A DNA stretch of 64,000 nucleotides, from assembly GCA_036563615.1 (NCBI GenBank), contig DATCMB010000010.1, positions 7,516 through 71,515 on the forward strand. The letters run 5' to 3'. A program made the position numbers and the translations under genes. A model generated the notes under the pieces. It saw only the letters and a program-made list of their open reading frames with translations. It was not told the origin of the DNA and did no database searches. Shown here piece after piece: positions 45,217-55,518 of this stretch (position 1 is its first letter; every line of letters starts with the position of its first letter). The stretch comes from Candidatus Binatia bacterium. Its GTDB lineage: Bacteria > Desulfobacterota > Binatia > UBA12015.

Positions 45217-45897
45217 TCAGCGCTTGCGGCGACGCCGGTAGGCGCGCGCGCACCATTCGGGCGACGCGCCGCACGCGTAGGCGAAGCGCAGCCACCACAT
45301 CAGCACGATCGTCCGCGCGACGCCCTCTTCCTCCCAGCGCCGCGCCGAGGTGCTGACGCGCTCGCGCAGCGGCGCGAGCCGACCCGCCCGGCGCAGCCGC
45401 GTGCCGAGCTCGACGTCCTCCATCAGCGGGATCGGCGCGAAACCGCCGAGCCGCGCGAAGACGTCGCGCCGCACGAAGATCGCCTGATCGCCGGTCGAGA
45501 TCCCGGTCCAGCGCGAGCGCGCGTTCATCAGCGTGGCGATCACCGGCAGGAACGGGTGCGTGCCGCGCAGCTCGACGTCGAAGCGCCCGGCGATCGCGCC
45601 CTCGGCAATCGCACGCTCGACGGCCTCGGCGAAACCTTCCGGCAGCCAGGTGTCGGCGTGCAGGAAGAGCAGCACGTCGCCGCACGCGCGGCGCGCGCCG
45701 GCGTTCATCTGCAGGGCGCGTCCGCGTGGCGCGATCAGCACGTCGTCGGCGAGCGGACGCGCGCGCGCCACCGTGTCGTCCGTGCTGCCGCCGTCGACCA
45801 CGAGCAGCTCGACGACCTGCGGCGCGCGCGCGCGGCGCAACGTGGCCTCGATCTCGTCCGCCTCGTCGAGCGCCGGCACGATCACCGAGAGCCTCAC
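45217..45897 (-). CDS. Glycosyltransferase family 2 protein (TIGR04283-like small GT2)
   Basis: LSVIVPALDEADEI...VVDGGSTDDT and a DxD-like LFLHADT motif. 226 aa. Confidence 0.75.
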   Translation of the reverse strand: MRLSVIVPALDEADEIEATLRRARAPQVVELLVVDGGSTDDTVARARPLADDVLIAPRGRALQMNAGARRACGDVLLFLHADTWLPEGFAEAVERAIAEGAIAGRFDVELRGTHPFLPVIATLMNARSRWTGISTGDQAIFVRRDVFARLGGFAPIPLMEDVELGTRLRRAGRLAPLRERVSTSARRWEEEGVARTIVLMWWLRFAYACGASPEWCARAYRRRRKR

Positions 45898-45950
45898 GTC
45901 AGCTCGCCCCCGCGAATTGTCTCATCGGGCGCGCGAGAGTATCAGGCGGC

Positions 45951-46433
45951 ATGGACGCCGTACGGGATCGCACGAGCGCCGCACGCCGCACGGCGCGCAC
46001 GCTGCTCGCTCTCCTGCTGCTGCCGCTCGCGCTGATCGCCGGCGCGCCGTGGCCGTCCCCGGCCCAGGCGGGGGTCGACCTGGTTCGCCTCGAGGGCGTG
46101 CTGCGGGAGACGAACCCGCCCGGGACGATGGTGCAGACGACCCTCGCCGTCGGCGACCAGAGCATCCCCTTCGCGGTGTACGCGGCGCGCAGGATCTCGG
46201 GCGACCCGTTCGAGGGACCGGGCGTCCTGCTCGCGCTCGGCCCCGGGCCGCCGCCGATCCGCGTCGAGGGTCGCGACGAGACGGTCGGCCAGCTCACCTC
46301 GGCGGCTCCCGGGACGCGCGTCTCGCTGACCGGCAGCCTGAACGTCGGATCCGCCTTCCTGACGCTCATGAGCGTCGAGGTGGTGCCGTCCCCTGCTCCG
46401 TCGGCGGCGCCGTCGCCGTCAGCGGCGCAGTAG
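45951..46433 (+). CDS. Hypothetical secreted protein (signal peptide, ~120-aa mature domain)
   Basis: Internal ATG segment of ORF 45726..46433. The N-terminus RRTARTLLALLLLPLALIAGAPWPSPAQA is a Sec signal. No recognisable domain. Pro/Ser/Ala-rich C-terminus. Confidence 0.5.
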   Translation: MDAVRDRTSAARRTARTLLALLLLPLALIAGAPWPSPAQAGVDLVRLEGVLRETNPPGTMVQTTLAVGDQSIPFAVYAARRISGDPFEGPGVLLALGPGPPPIRVEGRDETVGQLTSAAPGTRVSLTGSLNVGSAFLTLMSVEVVPSPAPSAAPSPSAAQ

Positions 46434-46964
46434 GACGACCAGCACGACGAGCTGCAGCACCGCCGTCGCGACCAGCAGCAGCGTGAGGACGTAGCGGCTC
46501 TTGCCGAGCGACTGCGCCTCGGCCGCGCTCTTCTCCTCGAGGCGCGCGATCTCGCTGCGCACGTTGCTGGTCTCGACGTAGAGCCCGCGCACCTCGTCGC
46601 GCATCGGGGTCGCGACCCCCTTGAGGTCGCCCTGCGCGGCCTCGAGGCGGTCGAGGCGCTCGCCGAGCTCGGTGATGCTCGTGCGCAGCGCGCCCAGCGT
46701 CGCGTTGATCTCGCGCAGCTCGGCGATCACGTTCTCGATCTGACCGACGAGCGGGTTCGGGGTCGGCGACGGCTTCGGCGCCGAGCGCTTGGTCTGGGCG
46801 TCCGCCGCGCTGACCGCGAGCGTGAGCAGCACGGCGAGCACGAGCAGCGTGCTGCGTGCGAGGCCTAGCGGGAAACGGCGTGCGAAGGAGCACGTGTGCA
46901 CGCCTTGGCGTGCGCTCGTCGCTCCGCCACCCGCCACACCCTGGGTCTGCCGCGCTCGGTCCAT
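46419..46964 (-). CDS. Hypothetical membrane-anchored coiled-coil protein
   Basis: Internal segment of ORF 46419..47330 with a signal/TM helix LLVLAVLLTLAVSA, a ~90-aa predicted coiled coil, and a C-terminal TM helix. Start uncertain: ATG at 46964 or GTG at 46901. The 3' end overlaps the convergent gene by 15 nt. Confidence 0.4.
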   Translation of the reverse strand: MDRARQTQGVAGGGATSARQGVHTCSFARRFPLGLARSTLLVLAVLLTLAVSAADAQTKRSAPKPSPTPNPLVGQIENVIAELREINATLGALRTSITELGERLDRLEAAQGDLKGVATPMRDEVRGLYVETSNVRSEIARLEEKSAAEAQSLGKSRYVLTLLLVATAVLQLVVLVVLLRR

Positions 46965-47211
46965 CGGACGGTCCCCACCTCGCATGAGCCGGACCGCAAG
47001 CCCCATCCCCGTGCGTCGTGCGCGGTGGGGTGAGGCGCCGCGCACCGCGCGGTCACCAAAACCCTCGTCCAGCCTGGCCCGGCGAACGTAATGCTCGGCA
47101 GGCAGCGAAGCAAGAAAGCAGAGTTCCCCCGCTGCGACGCAGACGCTTGACGCAAGCCCCGCGTCGGACGTACGCGTCGGAGCAGCGCCGGGTGGAGCGA
47201 GGAGGCCGGGG

Positions 47212-47652
47212 ATGTCGTTACGCGATCTGCTGCTGGTGGCCGGGACGCTGCCGCTCGTCGGTGTCGTCGCCTTGCGGCTCGCCGCCGAGGTCGGGCTCGT
47301 CCGCAACGCGCCGCCGCCGGAGGCGGTCAACGCGACGCTCGGGCTGTTCGGCGTCGTGTTCGTGCTCTACGTCGCGCTCACCCTGCGCGCGATCGCGCGC
47401 GCCACGCGCGAGATCCTCGAGCGCAGCGCCGAGCCGGTCGCGAACGAAACCGAGCAGCGCACCGCGGCGGTGACCGACTTCGCCGTCCACCTCGACCGGC
47501 GTCCGGAGATCGACCTCCGCGGCGACGCGGGCGCGGAGGACGCTGCACCTTCGAGCGAGGAAGCGGCGGCGCCGCCGCCGGAGCAGCGCTCGGCGCTGCT
47601 CGGTCAGGTCGGCAGCCTGCTCACCCGCATCCCGTCGGCGCGCTCGCGCTGA
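47212..47652 (+). CDS. Hypothetical membrane protein (2 TM helices, acidic C-terminus)
   Basis: ATG with a GAGGAGG Shine-Dalgarno sequence. Two hydrophobic helices, then a Glu/Ala-rich tail. Confidence 0.55.
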   Translation: MSLRDLLLVAGTLPLVGVVALRLAAEVGLVRNAPPPEAVNATLGLFGVVFVLYVALTLRAIARATREILERSAEPVANETEQRTAAVTDFAVHLDRRPEIDLRGDAGAEDAAPSSEEAAAPPPEQRSALLGQVGSLLTRIPSARSR

Positions 47653-47673
47653 GATCCGTCCGCGCTGTGGCCG

Positions 47674-48720
47674 TCAAGCGCCGAGCTCGCGCACGAGCCG
47701 GCGGACGAGCAGCGGCCCCTCGTAGACCAGCGCCGTGTAGAGCGCGACCAGGTTCGCGCCCGCGGCGAGCTTCTCGCGCACGTCGTCCGCGGTGAAGACG
47801 CCGCCGACGCCGATGATCGGCACGTCAGGCCCGCACGCTCTGCGCACCAGCGCGACCATCTCGGTGGCGCGCGCCCGCAGCGGCGCGCCCGAGAGCCCGC
47901 CCGTTTCCGCCGCAGCCGCGCTCGAGCAGCCGGGACGCGCGATCGTCGTGTTGCTCGCGATGAAGCCTGCCGCGCCGGCGTCGAGCGCGGCGGCGCAGAT
48001 CTCGGGCACGGCGTCGTCGGCGAGGTCGGGCGACAGCTTGACGAGCAGCGGCGGCGCGCTGCGTCCGCCGACCGACGCCGCCACCTCCTCGCGCAGCGCG
48101 GCGATCAGGCGGCCGAGCCGCCGTGGCTCGTGCAGATCGCGCAGCCCCGGCGTGTTCGGCGAGCTGACGTTGATCGCCAGGTAGTCGGCGAGCGGCGCCA
48201 GCAGACGCGCCGACGTCCGGTAGTCCTCGACCTCCGCGCTCTCGTCGCCGACCGCGACCCGCGAGCAGCCGATGTTGATCCCGATCGGGATCGAAGGCCG
48301 CACGCTGAGCCGGCGCGCGAGCGTCCGGGCGACCTCTTCGGCGCCGAGGTTGTTGAAGCCGAGGCGGTTCACGATCGCGCGCTCGGCCTCGAGCCGGAAC
48401 ATCCGCGGCGTCGGGTTGCCGGGCTGCGCTCGCGCGGTGACCGTGCCGAGCTCGGCGAAGCCGAAGCCGAGACGCTCCCAGAGGTGCGGCGCGATGCCGT
48501 TCTTGTCGAAGCCCGCCGCGAGCCCGATCGGGTTCGGAAACCGGCAGCCGAGGAGCTCGATCGGCTTTGCCCCGCCCGTTGCGCCCTCGGCCGCCGGGCG
48601 CGCGAGCGGGACGTGCTCGAGCGTCCACTCGGCGAGCTGCGCCGCCGACAGCGCCAAGTGGTGGGCGCGCTCGGGGTCGAGCCGGAAGAGCAGCCGGCGC
48701 AGCGCCGGGTAGAAGTTCAC
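47674..48720 (-). CDS. pyrD: Dihydroorotate dehydrogenase (quinone), class 2
   Basis: GTG start (VNFYPALRRLLF) with GGAG 9 nt upstream; the ORF track's extra 23 codons were rejected. FMN-binding motifs GFGFAELGTVT and NVSSPNTPGLR. Confidence 0.9.
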   Translation of the reverse strand: MNFYPALRRLLFRLDPERAHHLALSAAQLAEWTLEHVPLARPAAEGATGGAKPIELLGCRFPNPIGLAAGFDKNGIAPHLWERLGFGFAELGTVTARAQPGNPTPRMFRLEAERAIVNRLGFNNLGAEEVARTLARRLSVRPSIPIGINIGCSRVAVGDESAEVEDYRTSARLLAPLADYLAINVSSPNTPGLRDLHEPRRLGRLIAALREEVAASVGGRSAPPLLVKLSPDLADDAVPEICAAALDAGAAGFIASNTTIARPGCSSAAAAETGGLSGAPLRARATEMVALVRRACGPDVPIIGVGGVFTADDVREKLAAGANLVALYTALVYEGPLLVRRLVRELGA

Positions 48721-48811
48721 GCGCGCGGCTCCATGCGCGGTGCGGCCGCCGCGCTCGGGCGCGCGACCATCGCAGCGCGATCGGCGCACGCGGAGGAGCG
48801 CCGGCCTCGGC

Positions 48812-49072
48812 TCACGACGCGCGCAGCAGCTCGTCGAGGCGACCGCTGCGCTCGAGCTCGGAGAGGTCGTCGTAGCCGCCGATCGGCGTGCCGTCGATGA
48901 ACACCTGCGGCACCGTGCGGCGTCCGCCCGCGCGCTCCGCGAGCTCGGCGCGCGCCGCGCTGTCGCCGGTCACGTCGATCTCCGTGAACGGAACGTTCTT
49001 CTTCGTGAGCAGCGCCTTGGCCGCGTGACAGTACGGGCAGTAGCTCGTCGTGTAGATCGTGACGTCGGCCAT
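48812..49072 (-). CDS. grxC: Glutaredoxin 3
   Basis: 86-aa segment MADVTIYTTSYCPYCHAAKALL with the CPYC active site and TVPQVFIDG. Confidence 0.9.
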   Translation of the reverse strand: MADVTIYTTSYCPYCHAAKALLTKKNVPFTEIDVTGDSAARAELAERAGGRRTVPQVFIDGTPIGGYDDLSELERSGRLDELLRAS

Positions 49073-49150
49073 CGCGTGCGTCCGTGACCTCCAACGCCTA
49101 GACGTACTCGTCGCACGGCGGGCCGGCAACGGCGGTCCGAAGGGAGCCCG

Positions 49151-49936
49151 ATGAAGGAGTTCGACGAGCTGGTTTCGGTGATGGCGCGGCTGCGCGCGCC
49201 CGGCGGCTGCCCGTGGGACCGCGAGCAGACCCACGAGTCGATCCGCAAGTACGTCATCGAGGAGGCCTACGAGGTCGCCGAGGCGATCGACCGGGGCGAC
49301 CCCGACGAGCTGTGCACCGAGCTCGGCGACCTCCTCCTTCAGGTCGTGTTCCACGCCGAGATGGCGCGCGAGGCGGGCCGCTTCGACGTCGCCGAGGTCT
49401 GCCGGCGGATCGTCGACAAGTTGCAGCGCCGCCATCCGCACGTCTTCGGCGACGTCTCGGTCGAGGGCGCCGACGAGGTGGTGCGCAACTGGGAGGCCAT
49501 CAAGAAGCGCGAGCGTGGTGCCGCGGCGTCCGCGATCGACGGCGTGCCGCGCGCCCTCCCCGCCCTGCAGCGCGCCGAGCGCATCGGCGAGAAGGCCGCG
49601 CGGGTCGGCTTCGACTGGCCGGATGCAGCCTCCGTGCTCGCCAAGGTCGACGAGGAGCGCGCGGAGCTCGGCGCCGCGCTCCAGAGCGGCGACCGCGAAG
49701 CCATCGAGTCCGAGCTCGGCGACCTGCTGCTCGCCGCGGCGAACCTGGCCCGCAAGCTCGACATCGAGCCCGAGCGGGCACTCGCGCGGGCGGTCGATCG
49801 CTTCGACGCCCGCTTCCGCCGGGTCGAGGCGACCGCGCGCGCCGAGGGACGCGAGCTCGAGCGCATGACGCCCGACGAGCTCGACCGCCGCTGGGAGCAG
49901 GCCAAGGCCGGCGACCGAAGCGAAGGGGCGCCTTGA
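49151..49936 (+). CDS. mazG: Nucleoside triphosphate pyrophosphohydrolase MazG
   Basis: Tandem MazG EEAYE/ELGDLLLQ motifs. Confidence 0.9.
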   Translation: MKEFDELVSVMARLRAPGGCPWDREQTHESIRKYVIEEAYEVAEAIDRGDPDELCTELGDLLLQVVFHAEMAREAGRFDVAEVCRRIVDKLQRRHPHVFGDVSVEGADEVVRNWEAIKKRERGAAASAIDGVPRALPALQRAERIGEKAARVGFDWPDAASVLAKVDEERAELGAALQSGDREAIESELGDLLLAAANLARKLDIEPERALARAVDRFDARFRRVEATARAEGRELERMTPDELDRRWEQAKAGDRSEGAP

Positions 49937-49984
49937 AGCCTCCGCCACGGCAGGCTAAGCACTCACGCTTCACGAGAGGTCTGC

Positions 49985-50248
49985 ATGGCGAATCATCCGT
50001 CCGCTGAGAAAAGGCACCGTCAGTCCGTCAAGCGCGCGGCGCGCAACCAGGCGATCCGCAGCCGCGTCCGCACCGCGGTCAAGAAGCTGCGCGGCACGGT
50101 CGCCGGAGGCGACGCCGAGCAGGCGAAGAGCATGCTGCCGAAGGTGGCGAGCACGCTCGACAAGGCCGTGAGCAAGGGCGTGCTGCACAAGAACGCCGCC
50201 GCCCGGCGCATCTCGCGGCTCGCCAAGCAGGTCGCGAAGCTCGGCTGA
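49985..50248 (+). CDS. rpsT: 30S ribosomal protein S20
   Basis: MANHPSAEKRHRQSVKRAARN... Confidence 0.95.
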   Translation: MANHPSAEKRHRQSVKRAARNQAIRSRVRTAVKKLRGTVAGGDAEQAKSMLPKVASTLDKAVSKGVLHKNAAARRISRLAKQVAKLG

Positions 50249-50272
50249 CCCGTCCCGCCCGGCTGGGGCAAC

Positions 50273-51278
50273 CTACGCCGGGCGGCTCGTCCGCGGCGGC
50301 CGGAGCTTGAGCAGCACCGCCTCGAGGCGCGCCGCCGCCGCCCCTGCGCCGGTCTTGGCGGCGACGTCGACCTCCGACAGCTCGCACAGCGCCCGCTCGA
50401 GCTCGCGCCGTCGCCAGTGGCGCGCGCGCGGCACGACGTAGAAGCCGCGACCGCCTCCGAACGCGCGCTTGGCCGCCTCCTCATCGAGGCCCGAATCGAG
50501 CAGCGCGCGCGCCCGGAGCAGCGCGCGCAGCTCGGAGGCGATCTGCCCGACGAGCAGCTCCGGACGCTCGCCCCGGGCGAGCGCACGGCGCAGCGCCGCG
50601 ATCGCGTGCGCGATGCGCCGGTCGCGCAGCGCCCCCTCGAGCGCGAACGCCTCGAGGCTGCGCTCGCCGCTCACCGTGTCGAGCACCTGCTCCGGCGACA
50701 CGGGCGCCGAGCCGAAGCGCAGCGCGAGCTTCTCGAGCTCGCGCGCGAGCATCTGCGGCTCGTTGCCGACGTGGTCGGCGAGCGTCTCCGCCGCCTGCGG
50801 CGCGAAGCGAACGCCGAGCTCGCTCGCCATCTTGTCGATGAGCGAGATCAGGGCGCGGCGGGTACCGGCCGGATCGCGGGCGGCGCCGATCTCGAGCCGC
50901 TCGACGAGGTTTCGCTTGCTGAGCGCCGCGAACAGCGTCTTGCGCATGTCGGGCTCGTTCGCGAGCAGCACGAAGGTCGTGCCCGGCGGGATCTCGTCGA
51001 GCAGCGCCGCGACGCCACGCTGCGCCTCGTCGCGCAGGCGATCCGCACGGCGCAGGACGACGAGCCGCTTGCCGGTCGGCGAGACCATCTTGACGGCCGT
51101 GACGATGGTCTCGAGGTCGGCCTGATCGCCCTGCAGGACGTCGTGCGCGCCGAAGCCGGGGGTGGCGCCGACGGTCTTCGCCTGGATCTCGGCGAGCCGT
51201 CGCTCGACCAGCAGCGGATCGCCGACCAGGAGCAGCGCGCGGCCGTCCGCCGCGCCGTCTCGCGCCGCCGCGCTCAGA
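50273..51278 (-). CDS. holA: DNA polymerase III subunit delta
   Basis: The RALLLVGDPLLVERRLAEI N-terminal motif aligns with E. coli HolA AAYLLLGNDPLLLQE, and the gene sits in the conserved lptE-holA position. There is no ATG/GTG/TTG in frame between the lptE stop and this motif. The start is therefore either a CTG overlapping the lptE stop (annotated here) or the GTG at 51496, which overlaps lptE by 222 nt. Confidence 0.55.
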
Positions 51279-51882
51279 AGTCTTCCACCATCGCGTTGTA
51301 GAGGTCGCGCGACGTGTTCTCGAGGACACGGTCGAGCGCCTCGCGCTGCTGCGACTCGGAGAGCTGGACGTCCGACAGCTGGTTCAGGTCGTTCGGGTTG
51401 AGCGTCGAGCCGGTGATGAAGTCCGGCGAGTCCGTGACCACCGTGTTCGCGACGGCGCCGTAGGAGTCGCTCTCGCGCAGCGCGCTGATCCGCCACACGA
51501 CCCGATTGGTCTTCGGATCCCGCAGCAGCGCGCTGACGGTCATGAACGTCTGGTACTGCAGCGCCTCGTCGGCGCTCGAGAAGGCGACCGGGCGGGTCTC
51601 GAGCGAGAGGATCGTGCCCTCGAGCACGAGCTGCGCGGAGCTGCGGTCGGGCGCGAGCTCGAACTGGCCGCGGCGCGCGACCTCGGCCTGCAGCGACTCG
51701 AGGACGAAGTTGTCGAGCCCGGCCTCGCGCGTGCGGTTGTCGAACTTCTCGATGTAGAGCGACGTCGCGCCGCCCGGCAGCGTGCGTCCCTCGCCGGGGA
51801 AGTGGTAGCCGCAGTCGGCGAGCGCGAGCGTCAAGAGCGCGACGAGCAGGCTCGAGATGCGCGACATGGCGCGTCGCTTCAT
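51274..51882 (-). CDS. lptE: LPS-assembly lipoprotein LptE
   Basis: Signal peptide plus lipobox LTLALADC, 202 aa. The ATG overlaps the leuS stop (ATGA). Conserved leuS-lptE-holA order. Confidence 0.8.
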   Translation of the reverse strand: MKRRAMSRISSLLVALLTLALADCGYHFPGEGRTLPGGATSLYIEKFDNRTREAGLDNFVLESLQAEVARRGQFELAPDRSSAQLVLEGTILSLETRPVAFSSADEALQYQTFMTVSALLRDPKTNRVVWRISALRESDSYGAVANTVVTDSPDFITGSTLNPNDLNQLSDVQLSESQQREALDRVLENTSRDLYNAMVEDF

Positions 51883-54554
51883 ATCACGACGTTGACGATC
51901 CGTCCCGGCACGACGATCACCTTGCGCACCGGCTTGTCGCCGACGATCTCGCGCACCCGGGCGCTCGCGAGCGCGATCTCGCGCAGCGCCGCCTCGTCGG
52001 CGTCGCGCGGCACCATGGCGCGGTCGCGCACCTTGCCGTTCACCTGCAGCACGATCTCGATCGTGTCGGCCGTGAGCGCGGCCTCGTCCCAGGTCGGCCA
52101 GCCGGCGTCGTAGACGCTGCCGGTGCCTCCGAACCAGCAGTGCAGCTCCTCCGCGAGGTGCGGTGCGAACGGCGCCAGCAGCCGCGCGAAGTTCCACGCG
52201 GTCACGCAGAAGAGCGGCGTCGGCGATCCTGCCGCCGCGCGCTGGCGCGACGCCTCGTTCAGCAGCTCCATCAGGGCCGCGAGCGCCGTGTTGAACGCGA
52301 ACTGCTCGGTGTCGACGGTGACCTTCTTGATCGTCGCGTGCAGCCGCCGGCGCAGCGCCGCGCCCGCCTCGTCGAGGCCGTCGCCCTGGTTGGCGATCGC
52401 CTCGAAGCGCTCGGGACCCAGCTCGGCGCGGAGCCTCGCGATCGCCTCGCGGTCGGCGCCGAACAGCGCGACGATGCGGTTCAGGAAGCGCGTCGCGCCG
52501 CCCACACCTTCGTCGCTCCACTCCATGTTGTTCTCGGGCGGAGCCGCGAACAGGATCGTGATGCGCGCGACGTCCGAGCCGTGCTCGCGCACGAACGGCC
52601 CCATCGGCACGCCGTTGCCGGCGCTCTTGCTCATCGTGACGGGTCCGCTCTGCGCGCAGAGCGTGCCGTCCTTCTCGATCAGCGCGTGGCTGCGCTCGCG
52701 CAGCTCGCGCTCCATCTCCTCGCGCGTGAGCGGTCCCGACGGCAGACCGATCGACTTGACCAGCTCCTCGGGCGCGACGAGCTTGCCGTCCGCGGTGCGC
52801 TCGAGCGGCGTCGTCACCCGGCGCTGCACCATGCCCTGCGTGAACAGCGCGCGGAACGGCTCGTCCTCGGGGACGAGGCCCTCGTCGTAGAGCACCTTGG
52901 TGATGAAGCGCGAGTACAGCAGGTGCAGGATCGCGTGCTCGATGCCGCCGATGTACTGGTCGACCGGCATCCAGCGGTCGATCGCTTCCTTCGACCAGAT
53001 CTGGTCCTGGTTCTGCGCGTCGGCGTAGCGCAGGAAGTACCAGGACGAGTCGACGAAGGTGTCCATCGTGTCCGTGTCGCGCAGCACCGGCTCGCCGGTC
53101 TCCGGATCCTTTGCGTGGACGAACTCTTCGCTCGACGCGAGGGGCGATTTGCCGCGCGGCAGGAAGTCGTCGATCGCCGGCAGCAGCACCGGGAGATCCT
53201 TCTCCGGCACCGGGACGATGGTGCCGTCCGCGCGGTGCAGCATCGGGATCGGCGCGCCCCAGTAGCGCTGACGGCTCACCAGCCAGTCGCGCAGGCGGTA
53301 GGTCACCTTCGGACGCGCGCGTCCGCTCTCGCCGAGCCACTCGACGATCGCGCGTCCGGCGGCGCGGTTCTCCTGGCCGTCGAACTGCCCGGAGTTCACC
53401 ATCACGCCGTCCTCGGCGAAGGCGGCCTCGAGCGTCGCGCCATCGAGCTTCTGCCCGGGCGGCGAGATCACGACCTCGATCGGCAGGCCGAACGTGCGGG
53501 CGAACTCGAAGTCGCGCTGGTCGTGCGCCGGCACGGCCATGATCGCGCCGGTGCCGTAGCCCATGAGCACGTAGTCCGCGATCCAGATCGGGATCTCGCG
53601 CCCGTTCACCGGATTGATCGCGTTGGTGCCGAGCGCGACGCCGGTCTTCTCGCGCTCGGTGCTCTGGCGGTCGATCTCGCTGCGACGGCGCGCCTGCGCG
53701 ACGTACTCCTCGACCCGCGCGCGGTTCTCGGGGGTCGTCAGCTCGGGGACCAGCGGGTGCTCGGGCGCGAGCACCAGGAAGGTCGCGCCGAACAGCGTGT
53801 CGGGACGCGTCGTGAAGACCGTGATGCGGTCGTCACGTCCGGCGATGCCGAACTCGACCTCGGCGCCCTCGCTGCGCCCGATCCAGTTCCGCTGCATCGC
53901 CTTGACCTTCTCGGGCCAGCCCTCGAGCTTGTCGAGGTCGTTGAGCAGGCGCTCCGCGTAGGCGGTGATCTTGAAGAACCACTGCTCGAGCTCGCGCTTC
54001 TCGACCAGCGCGCCGCTGCGCCAGCTCCGGCCGTTGGCGTCGACCTGCTCGTTCGCGAGCACCGTCTGGTCGACGGGGTCCCAGTTCACCGTCGCCTTCG
54101 CCCGGTACGCGAGCCCGCGCTTGTAGAGCAGCAGGAAGAGCCACTGCGTCCAGCGGTAGTAGTCCGGCTCGCAGGTCGTGACCTCGCGCGACCAGTCGTA
54201 CATCACGCCCGCGATCTCGAGCGACTGCTTCGACTCCTCGATGTTGCGCAGCGTCCAGTCGCGGGGATGGGTTTTGTACTTGATGGCGGCGTTCTCGGCG
54301 GGCAGGCCGAACGCGTCCCAGCCGAACGGATGGAGCACGTCGTAGCCGCGCATCACCCAGTAGCGGGTGAGCGCGTCGCCGATGAAGTAGTTCTTGCCGT
54401 GCCCCATGTGCAGGTCGCCGCTGGGGTACGGGAACATCTCGAGGATGTAGCGCCGCGGCGCGTTCGGACGCCGACCGGCGCGGAAGATCCCCTCGCGCTT
54501 CCAGAACTCGCGCCAGCGCGGCTCGATCGCGGGATCGAAGCGCAGCGTGCTCAT
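51879..54554 (-). CDS. leuS: Leucine--tRNA ligase
   Basis: HIGH motif ([11 protein letters not shown]) and KMSKS motif (VTMSKSAGN). 891 aa. Confidence 0.95.
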   Translation of the reverse strand: MSTLRFDPAIEPRWREFWKREGIFRAGRRPNAPRRYILEMFPYPSGDLHMGHGKNYFIGDALTRYWVMRGYDVLHPFGWDAFGLPAENAAIKYKTHPRDWTLRNIEESKQSLEIAGVMYDWSREVTTCEPDYYRWTQWLFLLLYKRGLAYRAKATVNWDPVDQTVLANEQVDANGRSWRSGALVEKRELEQWFFKITAYAERLLNDLDKLEGWPEKVKAMQRNWIGRSEGAEVEFGIAGRDDRITVFTTRPDTLFGATFLVLAPEHPLVPELTTPENRARVEEYVAQARRRSEIDRQSTEREKTGVALGTNAINPVNGREIPIWIADYVLMGYGTGAIMAVPAHDQRDFEFARTFGLPIEVVISPPGQKLDGATLEAAFAEDGVMVNSGQFDGQENRAAGRAIVEWLGESGRARPKVTYRLRDWLVSRQRYWGAPIPMLHRADGTIVPVPEKDLPVLLPAIDDFLPRGKSPLASSEEFVHAKDPETGEPVLRDTDTMDTFVDSSWYFLRYADAQNQDQIWSKEAIDRWMPVDQYIGGIEHAILHLLYSRFITKVLYDEGLVPEDEPFRALFTQGMVQRRVTTPLERTADGKLVAPEELVKSIGLPSGPLTREEMERELRERSHALIEKDGTLCAQSGPVTMSKSAGNGVPMGPFVREHGSDVARITILFAAPPENNMEWSDEGVGGATRFLNRIVALFGADREAIARLRAELGPERFEAIANQGDGLDEAGAALRRRLHATIKKVTVDTEQFAFNTALAALMELLNEASRQRAAAGSPTPLFCVTAWNFARLLAPFAPHLAEELHCWFGGTGSVYDAGWPTWDEAALTADTIEIVLQVNGKVRDRAMVPRDADEAALREIALASARVREIVGDKPVRKVIVVPGRIVNVVI

Positions 54555-55030
54555 TCCGCCCTCCCCGCGCGCTCCGCGGCGAGCGCGCGCGCCACACCGT
54601 CGAGCACGCCGTTGACGAACGCGCGTGACTCGTCGCCGCTGTACTCGCGCGCGATCTCGATCGCCTCGTCGATCACGACCGGCGTCGGCGTCTCGCCGCG
54701 CACGAGCTCCGCCGTCCCGACCCGCAGGATCTGCGCGTCGAGCCGCGCCATGCGGTCGAGACGCCAGTTGGCCGACGCGGCGGCGATCAGCGCGTCGAGC
54801 CGTGCCTTCTCCTCGGTGACGTAGCGCACGAGGTCCTCGGCGTAGCGAACGTCGACCTCTTGCGCAGCAGCGTCCGCCGCGCCCTTGCCGGACTCGCCCT
54901 CGAGCTCGCCGCTCAGGCGCAGCGCGGTCGCGAGCGCCTGGTCGGGCGCCGCCCCGGCGACGTCGACCTGATAAAGCGCCTGCACCGCCAGCACCCGAGC
55001 GCGGCGGCGCGCGTTGAAGCTCGCCTTCAC
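54551..55030 (-). CDS. nusB: Transcription antitermination factor NusB
   Basis: [21 protein letters not shown]...; the stop overlaps the leuS start. Confidence 0.9.
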   Translation of the reverse strand: MKASFNARRRARVLAVQALYQVDVAGAAPDQALATALRLSGELEGESGKGAADAAAQEVDVRYAEDLVRYVTEEKARLDALIAAASANWRLDRMARLDAQILRVGTAELVRGETPTPVVIDEAIEIAREYSGDESRAFVNGVLDGVARALAAERAGRAE

Positions 55031-55043
55031 CGCCCCGCCTCGC

Positions 55044-55517
55044 TCAGCTCGACTGCGCGTGCGCTCGTAGCAGGGCCGCCATCTCGAGCGCCGTGACGGC
55101 AGCCTCGAACCCCTTGTTGCCGTGCCCCTCGCCGGCGCGCGCGAGCGCCTGCTCCATGGTGTCGGTGGTGAGCACGCCGAAGGCGACCGGGATGCGATGC
55201 CGGCAGGCGACCTCGTTGACGCCGCGGCTCACCTCGCGGGCGATGAACTCGAAGTGCGGCGTCTCGCCGCGCACCACCGCGCCGAGGCAGACCAGCGCCG
55301 CGTAGCGTCCGCTCGCCGCGCAGGCCTCCGCAGCGACCGTGATCTCGAAGGCGCCCGGCACGCGCAGCACGTCGATCGCGTCGTCCGCGACACCGTGCGC
55401 GCGCAGCCCCTCGAGCGCGCCGTCGAGCAGCGCCTCGGTTACCGCGCGGTTGAAGCGCGACACCACGACCGCGACGCGCAGCCCGGCGCCGTCCGGCTTG
55501 CCGACGATCTCGCGCAT
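55044..55517 (-). CDS. ribH: 6,7-dimethyl-8-ribityllumazine synthase
   Basis: RVAVVVSRFN...VPGAFE...GETPHFEF motifs. Confidence 0.95.
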   Translation of the reverse strand: MREIVGKPDGAGLRVAVVVSRFNRAVTEALLDGALEGLRAHGVADDAIDVLRVPGAFEITVAAEACAASGRYAALVCLGAVVRGETPHFEFIAREVSRGVNEVACRHRIPVAFGVLTTDTMEQALARAGEGHGNKGFEAAVTALEMAALLRAHAQSS

Positions 55518-55518
55518 C

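Noticed and set aside
50251-50272. Bidirectional terminator between rpsT and holA
   Set aside because: A 9-bp GC inverted repeat with a 13-nt loop is present (CCGCCCGGC...GCCGGGCGG), but no U-tract on either strand. Too weak to call as an intrinsic terminator.
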